Below are positions 42,297-56,779 of a DNA stretch of 64,000 nt, piece after piece; positions within the stretch are counted from its first letter, which is position 1, and every line of letters starts with the position of its first letter. Under the pieces are notes generated by a model that searched no databases, was not told the DNA's origin, and saw only the letters and a program-made list of their open reading frames with translations. The translations under genes and the position numbers were made by a program. The DNA comes from the human T2T-CHM13v2.0 reference genome, Homo sapiens, in the NCBI RefSeq assembly GCF_009914755.1, contig NC_060937.1; one strand, given 5' to 3'.

Positions 42297-42610
42297 GGCC
42301 GGGTGAGGTGGCTCATGCCTGCGATCCCAGCACTTTGGGAGGCTGAGGTGGTCAGGAGTTTGAGACCAGCCCGGCCAACATGGTGAAACCTCATCTCTAC
42401 TAAAAATGCAAAAATTAGCCAGCCGTGGTGGTGCACATCTATAATCCCAGCTACTTGGGAAGCTGAGGCAGGAGAATTACTTAAACCTGGGAGATGGAGG
42501 TTTCAGTGAGCCGAGATTGCACTACTGCACTCCAGCCTGGGCAGTAGAGCCCTATTCCGTCTCAAAAACAAAACAAAACAAAACAAAACAAAACAACCTG
42601 TTTTTTTTTT
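42297..42610 (+). mobile_element. AluS with a small left-arm deletion and (CAAAA)n tail
   Basis: TSD AAGTCCATGGGG at 42285-42296 and 42611-42622. Confidence 0.93.
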
Positions 42611-43734
42611 AAGTCCATGGGGGTGAGGGAGGGAAATGTAGAACATGCACAATTTCAAAGATAAAAGTGCTTTATTAGAATCAAGAAAATGTCCTCATTG
42701 CAGATGATCTGGCAAGTAAGCCTGAAGGCAGCTGTGTTTGTGGTGACCGTCACCCTTTCATCTGCTTCCGTGTCCACTGCTCCTGGAGGCAGAAACCTGA
42801 CTATTCCCACTTTTATTGCATTCCTCCTTCTCTGGTGCCAGCTCACCCACCAGTCCTGGACACTGATGTTTTGTGACCGATGGCACTGTTTCTAATTCTA
42901 ACCTCCCTCAGCTCCCCACTGCCCTGCCCCACGAGCTGTCACCCACCACCTGATCTGAACCTGAGACCACTGCTATCTCCAGGAACTCGCTTGGTGGATG
43001 AGAAGCAAGTCTGCCTAGCACACTGGGTCCAGGTGACAGAGGCTTAATCACAAGAATGCGGACAAGCCGATGATGAAGTCTTTTTGTGGCAAACATTGAC
43101 AGGACCTTTCAAATTTTCGAAAAGGAGTAATGAAAATCAAAAGCTCAAACTAAAACTGTCTTCTGTAGAGAGACTGATATGGGAAGGAAGTCCCTTCAGT
43201 GTGTGTCTGGAGAGACAGGGCGTGCCCTGTCCTGGTCCCCACCCTACATACCTTGATGAGCGTCTCCTCGGCTCACACTACCGTGACAAGCAGTGCACAG
43301 ACGCGGAATCCCAGCCTAGACCCGTGACCCAGGCGAAAATAGGCACACGCCGGCCTGGAGCTCCACACAGCCTGGTTTTTGTCACTGAAATGCTCCATGG
43401 GGTTCTGTGAGTTGTTACATTTTGCCTCACTTTCTGAAAATGATTTTTATTTTAAAGGCGGAAGGAAAAAAAGCATATTATTTTAAAAGGATAGTGGTGA
43501 ATCTTCTGAAGTAATAATTCTTGCCCAAAGTGATAATCACTCCTGATTTTTTTAGTTTTATCGGTTTGAAATCTCTAACATTAGATTTTCTTAAATCGTG
43601 TTGTGGTGAATAATTTCAAGCTGGTAGACCAGCAAGGAGGACCATGAGGCGGGGACCTGAGCTCTGAAAATAGGACCTGTAGTTATAGTAGTCTTCATAA
43701 GAAAATTAGTTTACATCTAGATCTTTATTGCCTA

Positions 43735-43852
43735 CTGCAGTGTCTACCAGCCATGTGTGCCTTCTTAAATTAAAGTCACTTAAAACTAAATAATATTCAG
43801 AATTCAGTCCCTCAGTTGCACTAGTCACAGTTCAAATGCTCAATTGCCACAG
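43735..43852. mobile_element. MER3/MER33-like hAT fragment
   Basis: aattcagtccctcagttgcactagtcacagttcaaatgctcaattgccaca. Confidence 0.6.
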
Positions 43853-44652
43853 TGATCAAATAATAATAAATAATAATACAGTTGGTAGAGCTTTTTAAAT
43901 AAGTTGCCATCTAAATTGGGCAGTTCTATACTAAATATTTGCCAACTAACATTATATATTCCAAAATATGTACAGTAACATTGAAATTTTAAAACCTCCC
44001 TACTTAGTGAATTTTGTACTTTTAAAACTATATAAAAACACAAGTTTGGAATGATTCAGTAGGTGTTTGTTTGGCGTGATTCTCATTATTTTGTTTCATA
44101 TCTCTTACAGAAAAAAGCAAGCTTGATTTTCCATATCTTCAGTAGTTTCTCATTGCCAAAATCTAAATGTGAACGCATAGATTAGATGTCTGCACTAATG
44201 TGTGTACACACACACACAACCACACACACATTACTGAAGTACACTTGTATTAGATGTCACTTGCTGTAAGGATTATTATTCTTGGACTTCAAGGTCAATG
44301 AGTCAGCTGATTGCTTTATTGAAATGGACTTTCCAAATCCATCACTTTCAGTGACATCTGTCATCAAATATAAAGTGTAGGTCATCTTCTTTAAAAATCT
44401 TGCAAACTTGGCAGACTGGAAAATAGCCAGTCTATGTCTTTTCTCACTCAGTGAAACTAAGAAAGCAACTGCCTTCCATTAAAAAAAAAAAATCCTATTT
44501 TTACTGATTAGCTCACTTTAAGAATTTCTTCAGATTATGTATAATTTCAGATGTCTTCTATGCTTTCTTTGAAAAAAATATTGTTTGAGACTCATGAAAT
44601 AATCTCGTATCAAGAGGACCAGTGCCCCACTGGCCCAGTGGAGGGGGAGTGA

Positions 44653-44983
<331 letters not shown>

Positions 44984-45209
44984 TGTCCACACCTTTAATG
45001 CAGTTGACTTAAGTTGTGTTCAGGTGTTTAAGCAGAAGCAAGGAATCTGGCTCCAACATTGGTGGAAAATAGCCTTCTATTTAGAGGCAATGCAACAAAG
45101 AAATTCTGAGCATCTATGTCTTCCAGGAATTGCAGTTGGTGTGAATATCATGTAGTTGGGCCTCAGAGACAAACACCAGGTTAATCCTCAAGGACAGACA
45201 GGAAGCAAG

Positions 45210-45440
45210 TGTGTCTAGTAGTAAAGAGGGAGGTTCTAGGCTTGGATGGACCAGCCACTTAACAGGTGGGATATCGTGGCATGTTACTTCATCTTTCAAT
45301 CCCTAATTTCCTCATCTGTGAGAGGGAGATAATAAAAGTACCTAAATGTCACTGTGTCATTGTAAAGATGAAAAGAATTCACTTATGTAAAACGCCTATG
45401 ACAGTGCCTGGAACAGCAAATACTCAATACATTGTGCTGT
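45210..45440 (+). mobile_element. MIR
   Basis: cctaatttcctcatctgtga...acagtgcctggaacagcaaatactcaata. Confidence 0.65.
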
Positions 45441-45484
45441 TTGCTGTGACTTTTAAATATAGTGTCATTACTTTTTGTCATTCA

Positions 45485-45750
45485 TTTTATTTTTTAATTC
45501 TTTATTGATAAAAATACATGTACATATTTTAGGGATGCATGTGATAATTTCATACATTCATAAAATCAAATCATGGTAACTGGCATATCCATCACCTAAA
45601 CATTTATCTTTTCTTTATGCTAGGAACACTTCAAGTATTCTCTTCTAGTTATTTTGAAATGTACAACTGGTTAATGTTAACTGTGGCATCCTACTCATCT
45701 GAACACCAGGTCTCATTTCTTCCATCTCACTGTATATTTGCACACATTAA
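45485..45750 (-). mobile_element. L1MA 3' end
   Basis: Antisense L1MA terminus (atatccatcacc...tctttatgctaggaacac...tattttgaaatgtacaa). Confidence 0.75.
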
Positions 45751-46386
45751 TCTAGTTGTGTCATTATTATTTCCACAAGCTCATCACTCTGCCATGTGTG
45801 GAGTTTCCCTGCCCCTTCTCAAAAATGCGAGAAAGACACACTGGTGAGGTCTGGCAAGGGCCACACACTTTGGCAGGATAGAGACGGGTTCTGGACTTTT
45901 GCCTACCCCTCTTCATAGCTTGCCAGATATGACAAAGAATCACAATGACTACTGTGTCTGTCAAATTTTGTACTGATATGTTAGGCACAAAAACATAATA
46001 CAATCTGTATTTAAATGCAATGGCTTCTGAAATGCAACCTTGATTATTAAGCCAATAAATTGTTGAAGAGTTTTGGCCCAGACATAGTGAAAGTGTGTTA
46101 AGCTCCAGGGATGTGTACAACACAGGATTAGGAGACACAAAAGAAGGGTTATAAGAATCACTCTCAATTTGCATGTGTGAACACTCTCCTTTTAAATAGT
46201 AGAATTAATACTACCAAATATCATCTTTGTGGATGTGAAGAATAAATAAGTCAATACACATAAAGTCGTTAGCATGGCCCCTGAAACAAATTGAGTGCAG
46301 AGTGTTAGCCCTTATAGTGATAATTATTATTCAACTATAACAAGGATTTCTTATAGCCAGTAGTAATTACAAATTATTCAAACTTA

Positions 46387-46572
<186 letters not shown>

Positions 46573-47499
46573 CTAGAAAGCAAATACTAGACAAAGCCTT
46601 CCACATTTCAAGCTTTTCCTTGTCAGTGAAAATCTGCCCAAGAACAAAGTTCTGGACAAGGAATCACGACTCCAAGTTCATGTTCTGGGTCTGCCGCTCC
46701 CTGGCTAATGACTTTGCCCGGTCAGAGCTTGTCCGGGGCCTGGGCTTCCTGGTCAGTGAAGTGAATGCTTGCAAAGTCCTTTCCAGCTTAAGAATCTGGA
46801 CGCTACCAGTACATCTAACAGGTTTATTTAAAATGAAAAATTCTGAGCATGTTATGTTTTATGTTGAAAAGTACACATAAAATAGCTGACTTTTAAAAAT
46901 AAATATTTTTTATTTATGTAAATCCATGTCTATACAACTGCAAACTTTTGATCTCTAAGTTCTTTTTTGGAACACATGCTTTGATGGATTTCAATAAACA
47001 TGAATACATTTTTTAAAATCTTACATTTATAAAGTTTACAAAGCACCTAAATGTGAGCTTTTAGTGATTAAACTGAAATTCATATAAATATAGTTTGCAG
47101 GATTTTTTTTTGAGACTTGGTTCAAATTAAAATGTCATTTAAAAAAATGTCAATTTTGCCCCATTTCAAATAAGCTAAAGTCACTTCCTCTTCACTCCTT
47201 TGAATCCCATCACAGTTACTTCTCCCAGAAAACTCTTCGGTCTTCTTTACACTTACCTAGGTCCAGTCTGCCCTTTGAGATCCATCAGCATCCCATTTGT
47301 CTCCAGGGAGTCTGCCTTCCAGAGCCCACAAGGCGGGCCCCGCCCCTCCCCCCCCACCCCCGCCGAGTGCCTGGGTGTGTCTGGCCACGCCTCTCGAGTT
47401 GAGCTTGGGCTGCCTTTGAAGACTCCTCTTACCTTTTTATGCAAAGGCTGGTTTGACTGGGGATTTCTTAGCAGGCATTGCTTGTTTCTAAGAGTTCAC

Positions 47500-47990
47500 G
47501 GTGAGCTACATAAAGGCTGTGTGGTTTTAGGCAGCCAATCAACCTCTCTGTGTATCAGTTTCCTTATTTGTAATGGAGAATATCAATGCAGACCTCATAG
47601 CACGGCTGAAAAGATTACATGAGATTATGTATGTAAAGCTTTTATCTGGGTTTCTACCTCACTAACTAGTGGAAGCAATATTAGTAATTGACAGGTTTTG
47701 GGTAAGTAACAGTAATAATAATACCAATGCAGCAACAGTAGTGATAATAATACTACTGGAAAGTAGCATCCAAGTAGATATGTGCCAAATACTATATTAA
47801 ACTGTCCGTATGTCTTATCTCAGCCAATACCATGAGGAAGGTTCTTGCAGCATGCTCATTTTGGCGAACCAACACATGGAGCCTCAGAGAAGTTAAGTAA
47901 CTTGCCCAAGGCTAGTCAAGTAGAAAGTGACAGAGATGGGAAATGAACCCAGGCAGCCTAAGTCTAGAGCAAGAGTTCTTAATCTTTTTA
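47500..47990. mobile_element. Two MIRs in opposite orientation (~47500-47660 plus; ~47770-47990 minus)
   Basis: cagtttccttatttgtaatggag core, and antisense core gagaagttaagtaacttgcccaagg. Confidence 0.65.
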
Positions 47991-48007
47991 CTAATGAAGA
48001 CTATAAA

Positions 48008-48305
48008 TCGGATATGGTGGCTCATGCCTCTAATTCAAGCATTTTGGGAGGCCAAGATGGGAGGATAGCTTGAGGCCAGGAGTTCAAGAACAGACTGGGC
48101 AACATAGCAAGACCCCATCTCTACAAAAAATAAAAAAATTAGCCAGGCATGGTGGTGTGTGCCTGTAGTCTTAGCTACTTGGGAGGAGAATTGCTTGAGC
48201 CTGGGAGCATGAGGCTGCAGTAAGCTATGATCACATTACTCCGCTCCAGCCTGGGTGTCAGAGCAAGACCCCATCTCTAAAAATATTAAATAAGTAAATA
48301 AATTA
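48008..48305 (+). mobile_element. AluJ
   Basis: gaggccaggagttcaag, ggcaacatagcaagacccc. Confidence 0.92.
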
Positions 48306-49065
48306 AAAGACTATGGAACTGTCAGTTTACATCACAATGGCATCTGTCATCAACATTGCTTGTTCAAGCCATGTCACTCCATCAAGGTCTGCAGGTCGAG
48401 GGAGGCACCCTGTAGCCATCAGGTTTTCTTTTCCAAACCTCTTCAACCTCTCCAGACATCCTGGAATGAGTCCCTGAGAGCCAGCTAGTAACTAGAGGGG
48501 GGAAAATGTCTAAAAGTGGAAGAAACTGTCTTCATATGAACAGTAAGCTGGTTAGAGTGGATAAGCTTCAAAGCATATTATCTGGGAAGTACTGTCAGGG
48601 TTTGTCAAGTGTTCATGGACTGAAACAATTACCTTATGCAGAGTGAAGACTTTTTCATAAGAACAGCTTGAAATAGGCTGCCCACAGCCCTGGGCAGCTT
48701 TGCTTTTTCACCATCTGGGCACGGTTTGTTTGTGTTCCGTTCTCTGGAGTGCGAGGGTGGGGAGGAAACCTTCATCCCTGTGACAAACTTCAAGAGGAAT
48801 GCAAACAGGAGGGGACACAAGGCCCATTGGGCACGTCTCATGGCTGTTATCTCCTGGATTAGGGCTTAGGAGAGCAAAACCTCAGTCTTTTTAGTTACTT
48901 TAGTTATCATCACCTCTGGATTGAGGTGTTTCAGAAATAGCTAGATCCTCACTTGAGACATCTCAAAAGTCTCAAGGGAAAATGCGTCTACATCTGAAAA
49001 ATATTGGGTAATTGGGCTGGGAGAGTAGCCACCTCTGTCCCAAAGCCCATTCAGAGCTTTCACCT

Positions 49066-49243
49066 AAGTCCCAAGTAGCTAAGACTACAGGCACACACCA
49101 CCATGCCTGGCTAATTTTTTTATTTTTTGTAGAGATGGGGTCTTGCTTTATTGCCCAGTCTGTTCTTGAACTCCTGACCTCAGGCTATCCTCCCATCTTG
49201 GCCTCCCAAAAAGCTGGAATTAGAGGCACGAGCCACCATATCT
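49066..49243 (-). mobile_element. Partial AluJ (left arm and start of right arm)
   Basis: Antisense Alu fragment. Confidence 0.85.
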
Positions 49244-49454
49244 GATTTATAGTCTTCATTAATAGGTGAAAAACCTCTCTGTAGCCTGTATTGTGGGATT
49301 TGCTGCTTCTTAAACTGGATCTTGAACTTAAAAAAGAGAGTGTGTTTAGTAAGAAACATTTTTGGGCACTTAAACTATGTTTTCTTAGCTTCAAATATTC
49401 CTAAAGAAAACTGACAGAATTGATTTAGTAATTTGAAAGGTTAAAGAGCACTCA

Positions 49455-49820
<366 letters not shown>

Positions 49821-50691
49821 CTATTTCATAGTTCTAGCCTCAAGTCAATCCCTAGAATTAAGAAAACTCTTATGTAAAATGTGTTTATTGCTCTTATTTA
49901 TTGAACTTTCTGGACTATGAATCACAGCATCTTGAGGTTAGTGTGAAGTGGGGTGAGATGTAAACCAACCTGTATCGTAGAAACTGTCCTCGGTCTGGAA
50001 TCACGGAAGTGTTTTTATCCTGACCTATGCTTGCCAAAACCATGCCTATCAACACCACAAAACTAGCCTAAAATGAGACCCTCAATCAACTGCCTTAGTT
50101 CTCTGGACTTCCTCACTGAAGATTTCTGGTCTGGGATTGTAGAAGGACAGTGGAAGGGTGTGGAAGTATGAGAGAGGAAGGTAAAGGGTGTGATTGTACG
50201 CATGCATATGTGTGTGTGTGTCTATGCATAACCACAGACCACAGATGGGGGAATGGATGGACAGTTGATGCACTGATGGATGGTTGAGGCTGCAACTGTG
50301 GAATATTCGGGGCAATTTACAGATAGTAACAAATACGAACAGGAAGACTTATCTCCATAATGCCAAAAAAGAGGTCTGATTGGGTTTTTTTCTTCTCACT
50401 GAATTGTCTTTCTGTCTGAGGCACATGACAGTGATATGGCTTTAACGGAAGGGGCAGAAGTTTAATTGAACTTGATGAATTAGAAAATAACCTTGAAAAG
50501 AGCAACAAATTCCAGTGAAATCAGTGCAAGGCAGCACATCTACAAACAAAAATCATCTATAATTTGCTACAGTACAATGTGAAGACTGCCTTGCATAGAC
50601 ATAGCAAAAAATGCTGAGAGGTCCTAGTACTGCTGAGATATTAACGTTATTAGTAATGTCAGGAAGACTTTAGGATTCAGTCAAAGCTATA

Positions 50692-50870
50692 TGGCATGGT
50701 TCTCAAACTCTAGCGTGCATCAGAATCAACTTGGAGGACTTATTAAAACTCATATTGCTGGGCCTCATACCCTGAGTTTTCAGCAGTAAATCTTGGGTGA
50801 CTGCATTTTTAACATGTTCCCAAGAGATGCTGGTGCTGCTGGTGAGGGCTCATACTTAAAGAACCACTGC
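50692..50870. mobile_element. MER5A
   Basis: tggttctcaaactctagcgtgcatcagaatca...gaaccactg. Confidence 0.8.
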
Positions 50871-52418
50871 CATCCAGTAACCAGAAGCAGAGAATAGTCC
50901 ATCATTCTGCTCCATTTAGTAGATTATTGTATCCTCATTCTGATCACTAGATATGAAAAGGTATGCAGAGAAATGGTAAATGATATGGAAAAAGGGATCA
51001 GGAAAATGATCAAAAGGATATAAAATAAAATCAGAAACATATGACATAAATAATTTAGAGTTTTATTTGAAGAAGAAGAGAACAATATTGTTTAATGAAT
51101 ATTTTCAATATATCAATGTTGAGCTGGGATTAAGGGGTTCTCTGTACCTCCAGGGGCTTGGCCAAGACAAAAATAGAATTACAATATAATAAGAAAGATC
51201 AAGATTTGGAATATCAAAACACTGCAAGGCACTGAGAAAAAAGTGTACAACTTCAGTTTCCAAAGAGATCTTGACTTAGGTGATTTAGATTTGATATAGA
51301 AAATTCTACTTCATATGTTTTCTTCCAATTATTAGACTCTATAGAATCCCAGAGTAAATTTGTTCATGCTTCAAAAGGATCTAGGAAGGAGTAAGGATAT
51401 AGTTGGATCAGAACACATTTTCCCTTAGGTTTTATCCCAGTAACCACATATATCTGTAAAAGACAGGCCTTCATTTCTCCATATGTGGAAGGTTTGTATT
51501 TTCGTCAACCCATATAAGAATCCCGTAGATTCAAAATATGTTGTTTGGTGAGAAATGCAAATCCAAGCCATAGAGAGAATTCCATAAGATGCTCTTTTGC
51601 CTTTTAAAATATTCTGTTGATAACTGTCTGTTCAAATAGTCAACTACCAAGGGAATCTGTGCCCTAGTAAATGTTTTTATTTATGTCCTAAACTTATTTT
51701 CAATTGAAATTTGTTCACTTATGCTTGATGTTAGTATTTGCATTTTTTATGATTAAAAAATTCCTAGATGTCTTCTGTAAGTATCTTATACAGTGGACAT
51801 ATATAAGTTATATATTAAAATCTACTTTAACTATGTACTTTAATATGCTTCCATTGGATTAAAAAATGTTCTCACTTCCTTGGGCAGAAAGGTAGCAGAG
51901 TACCTGTGACCAGGGTAACTATTAACATTAATAGTATTTTTGATGCTGAAAAATAAAAGGCTACAGATAAGTGTCAAATGAAGGTGAGCTATTTTTAAAT
52001 TTCTCTGATGTACCTGTCTAGAAAAGGTTGCTTTGGAATAAATTCAGTTGAATTTTAGAACTCAGAGAACAAAGGTTTTCATCTCAATCATCTCAAGATA
52101 AATTCATGCAGACACATGCAGCCCCCAAACATAAGCCACTCATGTCCTAAAGAAAACTGTCCTTGAGGTGGAGGTGAAAACCTTTGTTGTCAGGTATACA
52201 TACACACACCTAGAGAAACACATTGCATCTACATAAAGCTTCTGAAAGAACTAAATTAAGATAATGAACATTAGGATTTTAAAAAGTTAGTTCATTAACA
52301 TGGAAAAAATACATTTATGGGTCTTTATTAGACCCTGAGAAGCTGTAGGAAAAGTTCAAAGTTCATCTCCATTGAATACAGACTAGTTATTAACCTCTGA
52401 CAAAAATAAACACTTCAA

Positions 52419-52520
52419 ATATATATTATTTATACATTATAGGTACATGTTATACATATTCAGATATATATTTTTATATGTTATATTTATATGTTATATA
52501 TATGTATTTATACGTTATAT
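52419..52520. repeat. Degenerate (TA)n low-complexity tract
   Basis: tatatattatttatacattata...tatatgttatatatatg. Confidence 0.75.
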
Positions 52521-52547
52521 TAAAAGTGTGACACGTATCATTGTGAA

Positions 52548-52700
52548 TCAGTGTTGTCTGTAGACCATCAGCATCAGCATCACGGGAGCTTGTTGGAAAT
52601 TCAGCCATGCCCCAGACTGACTGAAGCAGAATTTGCATTTTAACAAGATTCTCAGGTGATTTGTATACTCTTCAAATAGTTAAAGTTTGAGGAGCTCTAG
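52548..52700. mobile_element. MER5A-like MITE
   Basis: cagcatcagcatcacgggagcttgttggaaat...tttgcattttaacaagattctcaggtgatt. Confidence 0.75.
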
Positions 52701-52735
52701 CCAAAATTACCAATATTTTTTTCTGTAATTTTTTT

Positions 52736-53027
52736 TTTTTTTTTTTGAGATGGAGTCTTGCTCTGTCCCCCAGGCTGGAGTGCAGTGGCACAATCTCGGC
52801 TCACTGCAAGCTCTGCCTCCCAGGTTCACGCCATTCTCCTGCCTCACCCTCCTGAGTAGCTGGGACTACAGGCCCCCGCCACCACACCCGGCTAATTTTT
52901 TGTATTTTTAGTAGAGACGGGGTTTCACCATGTTAGCCAGGATGGTCTTGATCTCCTGACCTCGTGATCTGCCCACCTCGGCCTCCCAAAATGCTGGGAT
53001 TACAGGCATGAGCCACTGCGCCCGGCC
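52736..53027 (-). mobile_element. AluY just downstream of the GPR12 3' end
   Basis: AluY diagnostics, with TGTAATTTTTTT on both flanks. Confidence 0.95.
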
Positions 53028-53188
53028 TGTAATTTTTTTAGAAGACAGATTTGTCTGTGAATTCAAGCCGTGATGTATAAACCCATTAGTTTGTGATTCT
53101 TAGAATTGTAAACAGAAGTCCTAACCATATATCGAAACATTCAATAATTATGACAAATTTTAAAGGGGACAATAAGGCAGTCTTTTCC

Positions 53189-53194
53189 TTTATT
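53189..53194 (-). terminator. Candidate distal polyadenylation signal AATAAA
   Basis: Plus-strand tttatt. U/GU-rich sequence follows on the minus strand, and it is the last hexamer before the AluY at 53027. Confidence 0.5.
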
Positions 53195-54152
53195 ATACCA
53201 GGCATACAATCAATATAGAAACTTAAACATTATTCAAAATCACAACATAGTAGTCACTTAATTAATATGTATTTTAAATCTGAAATGGCAAGTCATCCTA
53301 ACTTCATATTATCACATATTACTATAAAATAAAGTCAATCATTATTTTAATAATGGATTAAGCATTTTTTTTAAAAAGCCGAAGAAGTCTCCATGATATT
53401 TTTATTGGCACTAAGTATCTCTATTCCTCCTCTGCTCTTTTAAACTTCTTGTTTCAATCCTATTTTAAATCCTGGGGGAGTCTAAGACTATTTCTGCATG
53501 GCCAAGTCAACCAAGGAATCCACTCCTCCTGAACCTGGCTCCTTACTGTAGGCTCCAGGCAAGGAGGGGCTCTATCTCCACCCTGCTTCCCTGCCCCAGG
53601 TACCTTTAAAAACAAACTTCACTGATAGAAAGAAATACAGAGTTAAAGGAATAAAAGGAAACAAAACCCTAGATAGTCATAACTTCGATGACTAGTTTTG
53701 ACTAATTCAGGATTCTGGTAAAGTAATGGAACTGTCCTAGTTACAAGGATAACTGTTTCTACTGGAAAAATATCAATTCCTTGGTAGCTAGAAATTTTAA
53801 TTATGTGGAGTAAAAGATTATCTGCTACCTCAGGACTGTTGGAAATAAGACAGTTTTCCATGAGGTCTTTGGTCCTGTTGCAAAGTTAATATTATTGGGT
53901 ATACGTATGCATAAATACATACATACACATATGTACATTGAGATGTGTGCACATTTAAAAATAATTAGCTCCACAGGAAAAAAGAAACCTTGTAGAAAAC
54001 CACATAAATATCCAACATTTTTCACAATTTAAACGGTAAAGGCATGTTGTTAGTTGAACTGAAAAATCTCTTAGCTGAAACTATATGTTTTAAAAACATG
54101 GGCCAAAAGCAACCACGTAACTAGTGTAACTTTAAACAGGAAATTTTATGTC

Positions 54153-54498
<346 letters not shown>

Positions 54499-54554
54499 TC
54501 AGTTTCCTCAGCCCTGGTATCCACTGAGGGATGAAAGCTTGCAAGGTACAGGGA

Positions 54555-54730
54555 AGGAGCAAGACTTAGACTTTGGAAAAGCTGGCTTCAAATTCTGACT
54601 CTATCCTTGTGCTTTGTGGCCTTGGGCACATTTTTTATCCTCGCCTCTCTTAGTCTTAGTTTTCTCACCTATAAAAGTAGTAGTTTTGTGATTATAGTAA
54701 AACACGCAGCATGGGGCCTGGCACACATGT
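54555..54730 (+). mobile_element. MIR in the presumed 3' UTR
   Basis: ggcttcaaattctgactct...tcttagtttctcacctataaaa...cctggcacacat. Confidence 0.6.
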
Positions 54731-56779
54731 GGTCACAACAAGTACATATTATTCTCATTATAATTCTGACTATGGGAGATATGCAAATGGAGCCACTATT
54801 TTTATAAAATCATCATTTATTCCTTTAAAACCTCATTACGGATATTTCCTAGCCCCTCTCAAAACCAACTTACCTTTGTCAAGTCTCCTATGGTGGTGCT
54901 ATTCAATTTTAATTAATTAAAAACGAACAGACTCATCATGTTCAACCTACTAACTCCATCAAATGTTCAAAAGAAATGTTTTAAAGGCATCAGTTTTATT
55001 AGATTGATCATACAGTGGTATGTATTGAAAATTCTTTCCCACTTCTTAAGTATTTCAGTCCCTCTCCTGCTTCCATAAGTAACCTCAGGGAGGAGACACA
55101 GATTCAAGTAGAGGATTTTTTCACACGTGTGCTACATTAGAAGATGCTCTGGAGAGAAGGCATCAGCATGCAGGCTCCCAGAATGGTCTTGAGAGCACCC
55201 TGGGCATCACATCTGGGACAAACCGATGAGGTTAATTTATTACAAATGATTCCCCAATGACCCTGAAATACTGCTTTTGCTGCCATCTGAATGGGCTCAA
55301 TTAATGTGCTGCCAAGAATTTTTTCCACTGATTATATAGACATAACTATAAATCCATTGCAAATGGAGGGAAGGTACCTGCGTCTACATTTGTCTGCATG
55401 AACAGAAAAGAAACCTGAGACACATCGATTTTACAATGTGTTTAAAGTGAATTCTTCTTTGCAATTTCCTGACTACATTCTTGTTCTCTGAAAACAGGCA
55501 ATGTGATTTTTATTGTGTATAAATTGGTTTTTGGTGAAAAGGAGTTAAAAGATTTCAAACTTAACTTTTCATCAACAGCCAATGGTCATTCTGTTTATGA
55601 CCTTACAGGATATAGCTGGTATATGTCACAGTCATAGATGGACGCTGTGCACTGACAAACAAACCTAATCATTAAAATAGGGGACTGCCTGTTTCAAATG
55701 CATTATGCACCACAGACAGTATGAACCAGAAAAACTTGGCCTGTAATATTTATTCTAATTATCTCAATCAAGAATAACCATTAGTATATTCTCAGAGAGA
55801 GAGGAAAGGTGATTTTTTTCATTTCATGATAATGTCACATTAGTTTTTTTCAGAATATATTAAAATAAATTTAATCTACTCTCAATTGCTAATATTTTTT
55901 CCTTTTGTTTTCTGAAAACAATCAGACAATAGCTTAAGAAACTACAATGGTGGATCTAATCAATCCTACTTCATATGAAGATCAAAACCTACTTCAGGAT
56001 TCATTTTAGAAAGTACATATTGGAAAACTATATTGAAAAATGACCCGTTGGAATCTAGATTGACATGGCAACATTTGAAACAAGTGGTCTAGCTAACACA
56101 GTCGACCATGCAGAAGGAGTTGCAACATTTATAGAAATACCGAAGGAATTCTCGTGAACAGTAATTGCCGAAAGGAAAGAAAGAATGGATAAGAATGGGT
56201 TCACGGTTTCAGTGTCGGTGACATTACTGAGTTCATGTTAGCAAAATCAGGTCCCTTCCAAACACAATTATGTAAACTATTTGTATTGGATTGAAAGGGG
56301 TCATATTCTGTTACATACATGCAGCATTAAAAAATCTACCATCATGTAAAAAAAAAAATAGTCTGGAAAAAGTAAGTCTTTCTCAATTTTCCTCAATCAC
56401 TCAAATTTATTTTAAAGTCCAGGTAAAAACTCTGAAACTCATTTACTTCTAATAACATCATGGGCGTATCATATCCCTTCCTTTCCTACCCCCAGTCAGC
56501 CCTCCAAACAAAGTATAAAAGGAAACCCTTGCCCCCAAGCAAAACAAAATAATGTTGAGTGGAGAGCTCAACAATTTTTTTTAATGGTGAAAACACTGGT
56601 AACATTATTTTCACTTCAATCACTTAACTCATCTGAACGATGTCATTGTTTCACGGATGCTAAGTGCTCCTGTGGCTTGAGAGGGAATCCAATGCAAGGA
56701 ATTCAAGGGAAGCATCTCAAACCTTGGCCAGGCAGTGGAAGTGCTTGGTAAATGCAGAGTCCTCCTGGGTGCAAGGGTG

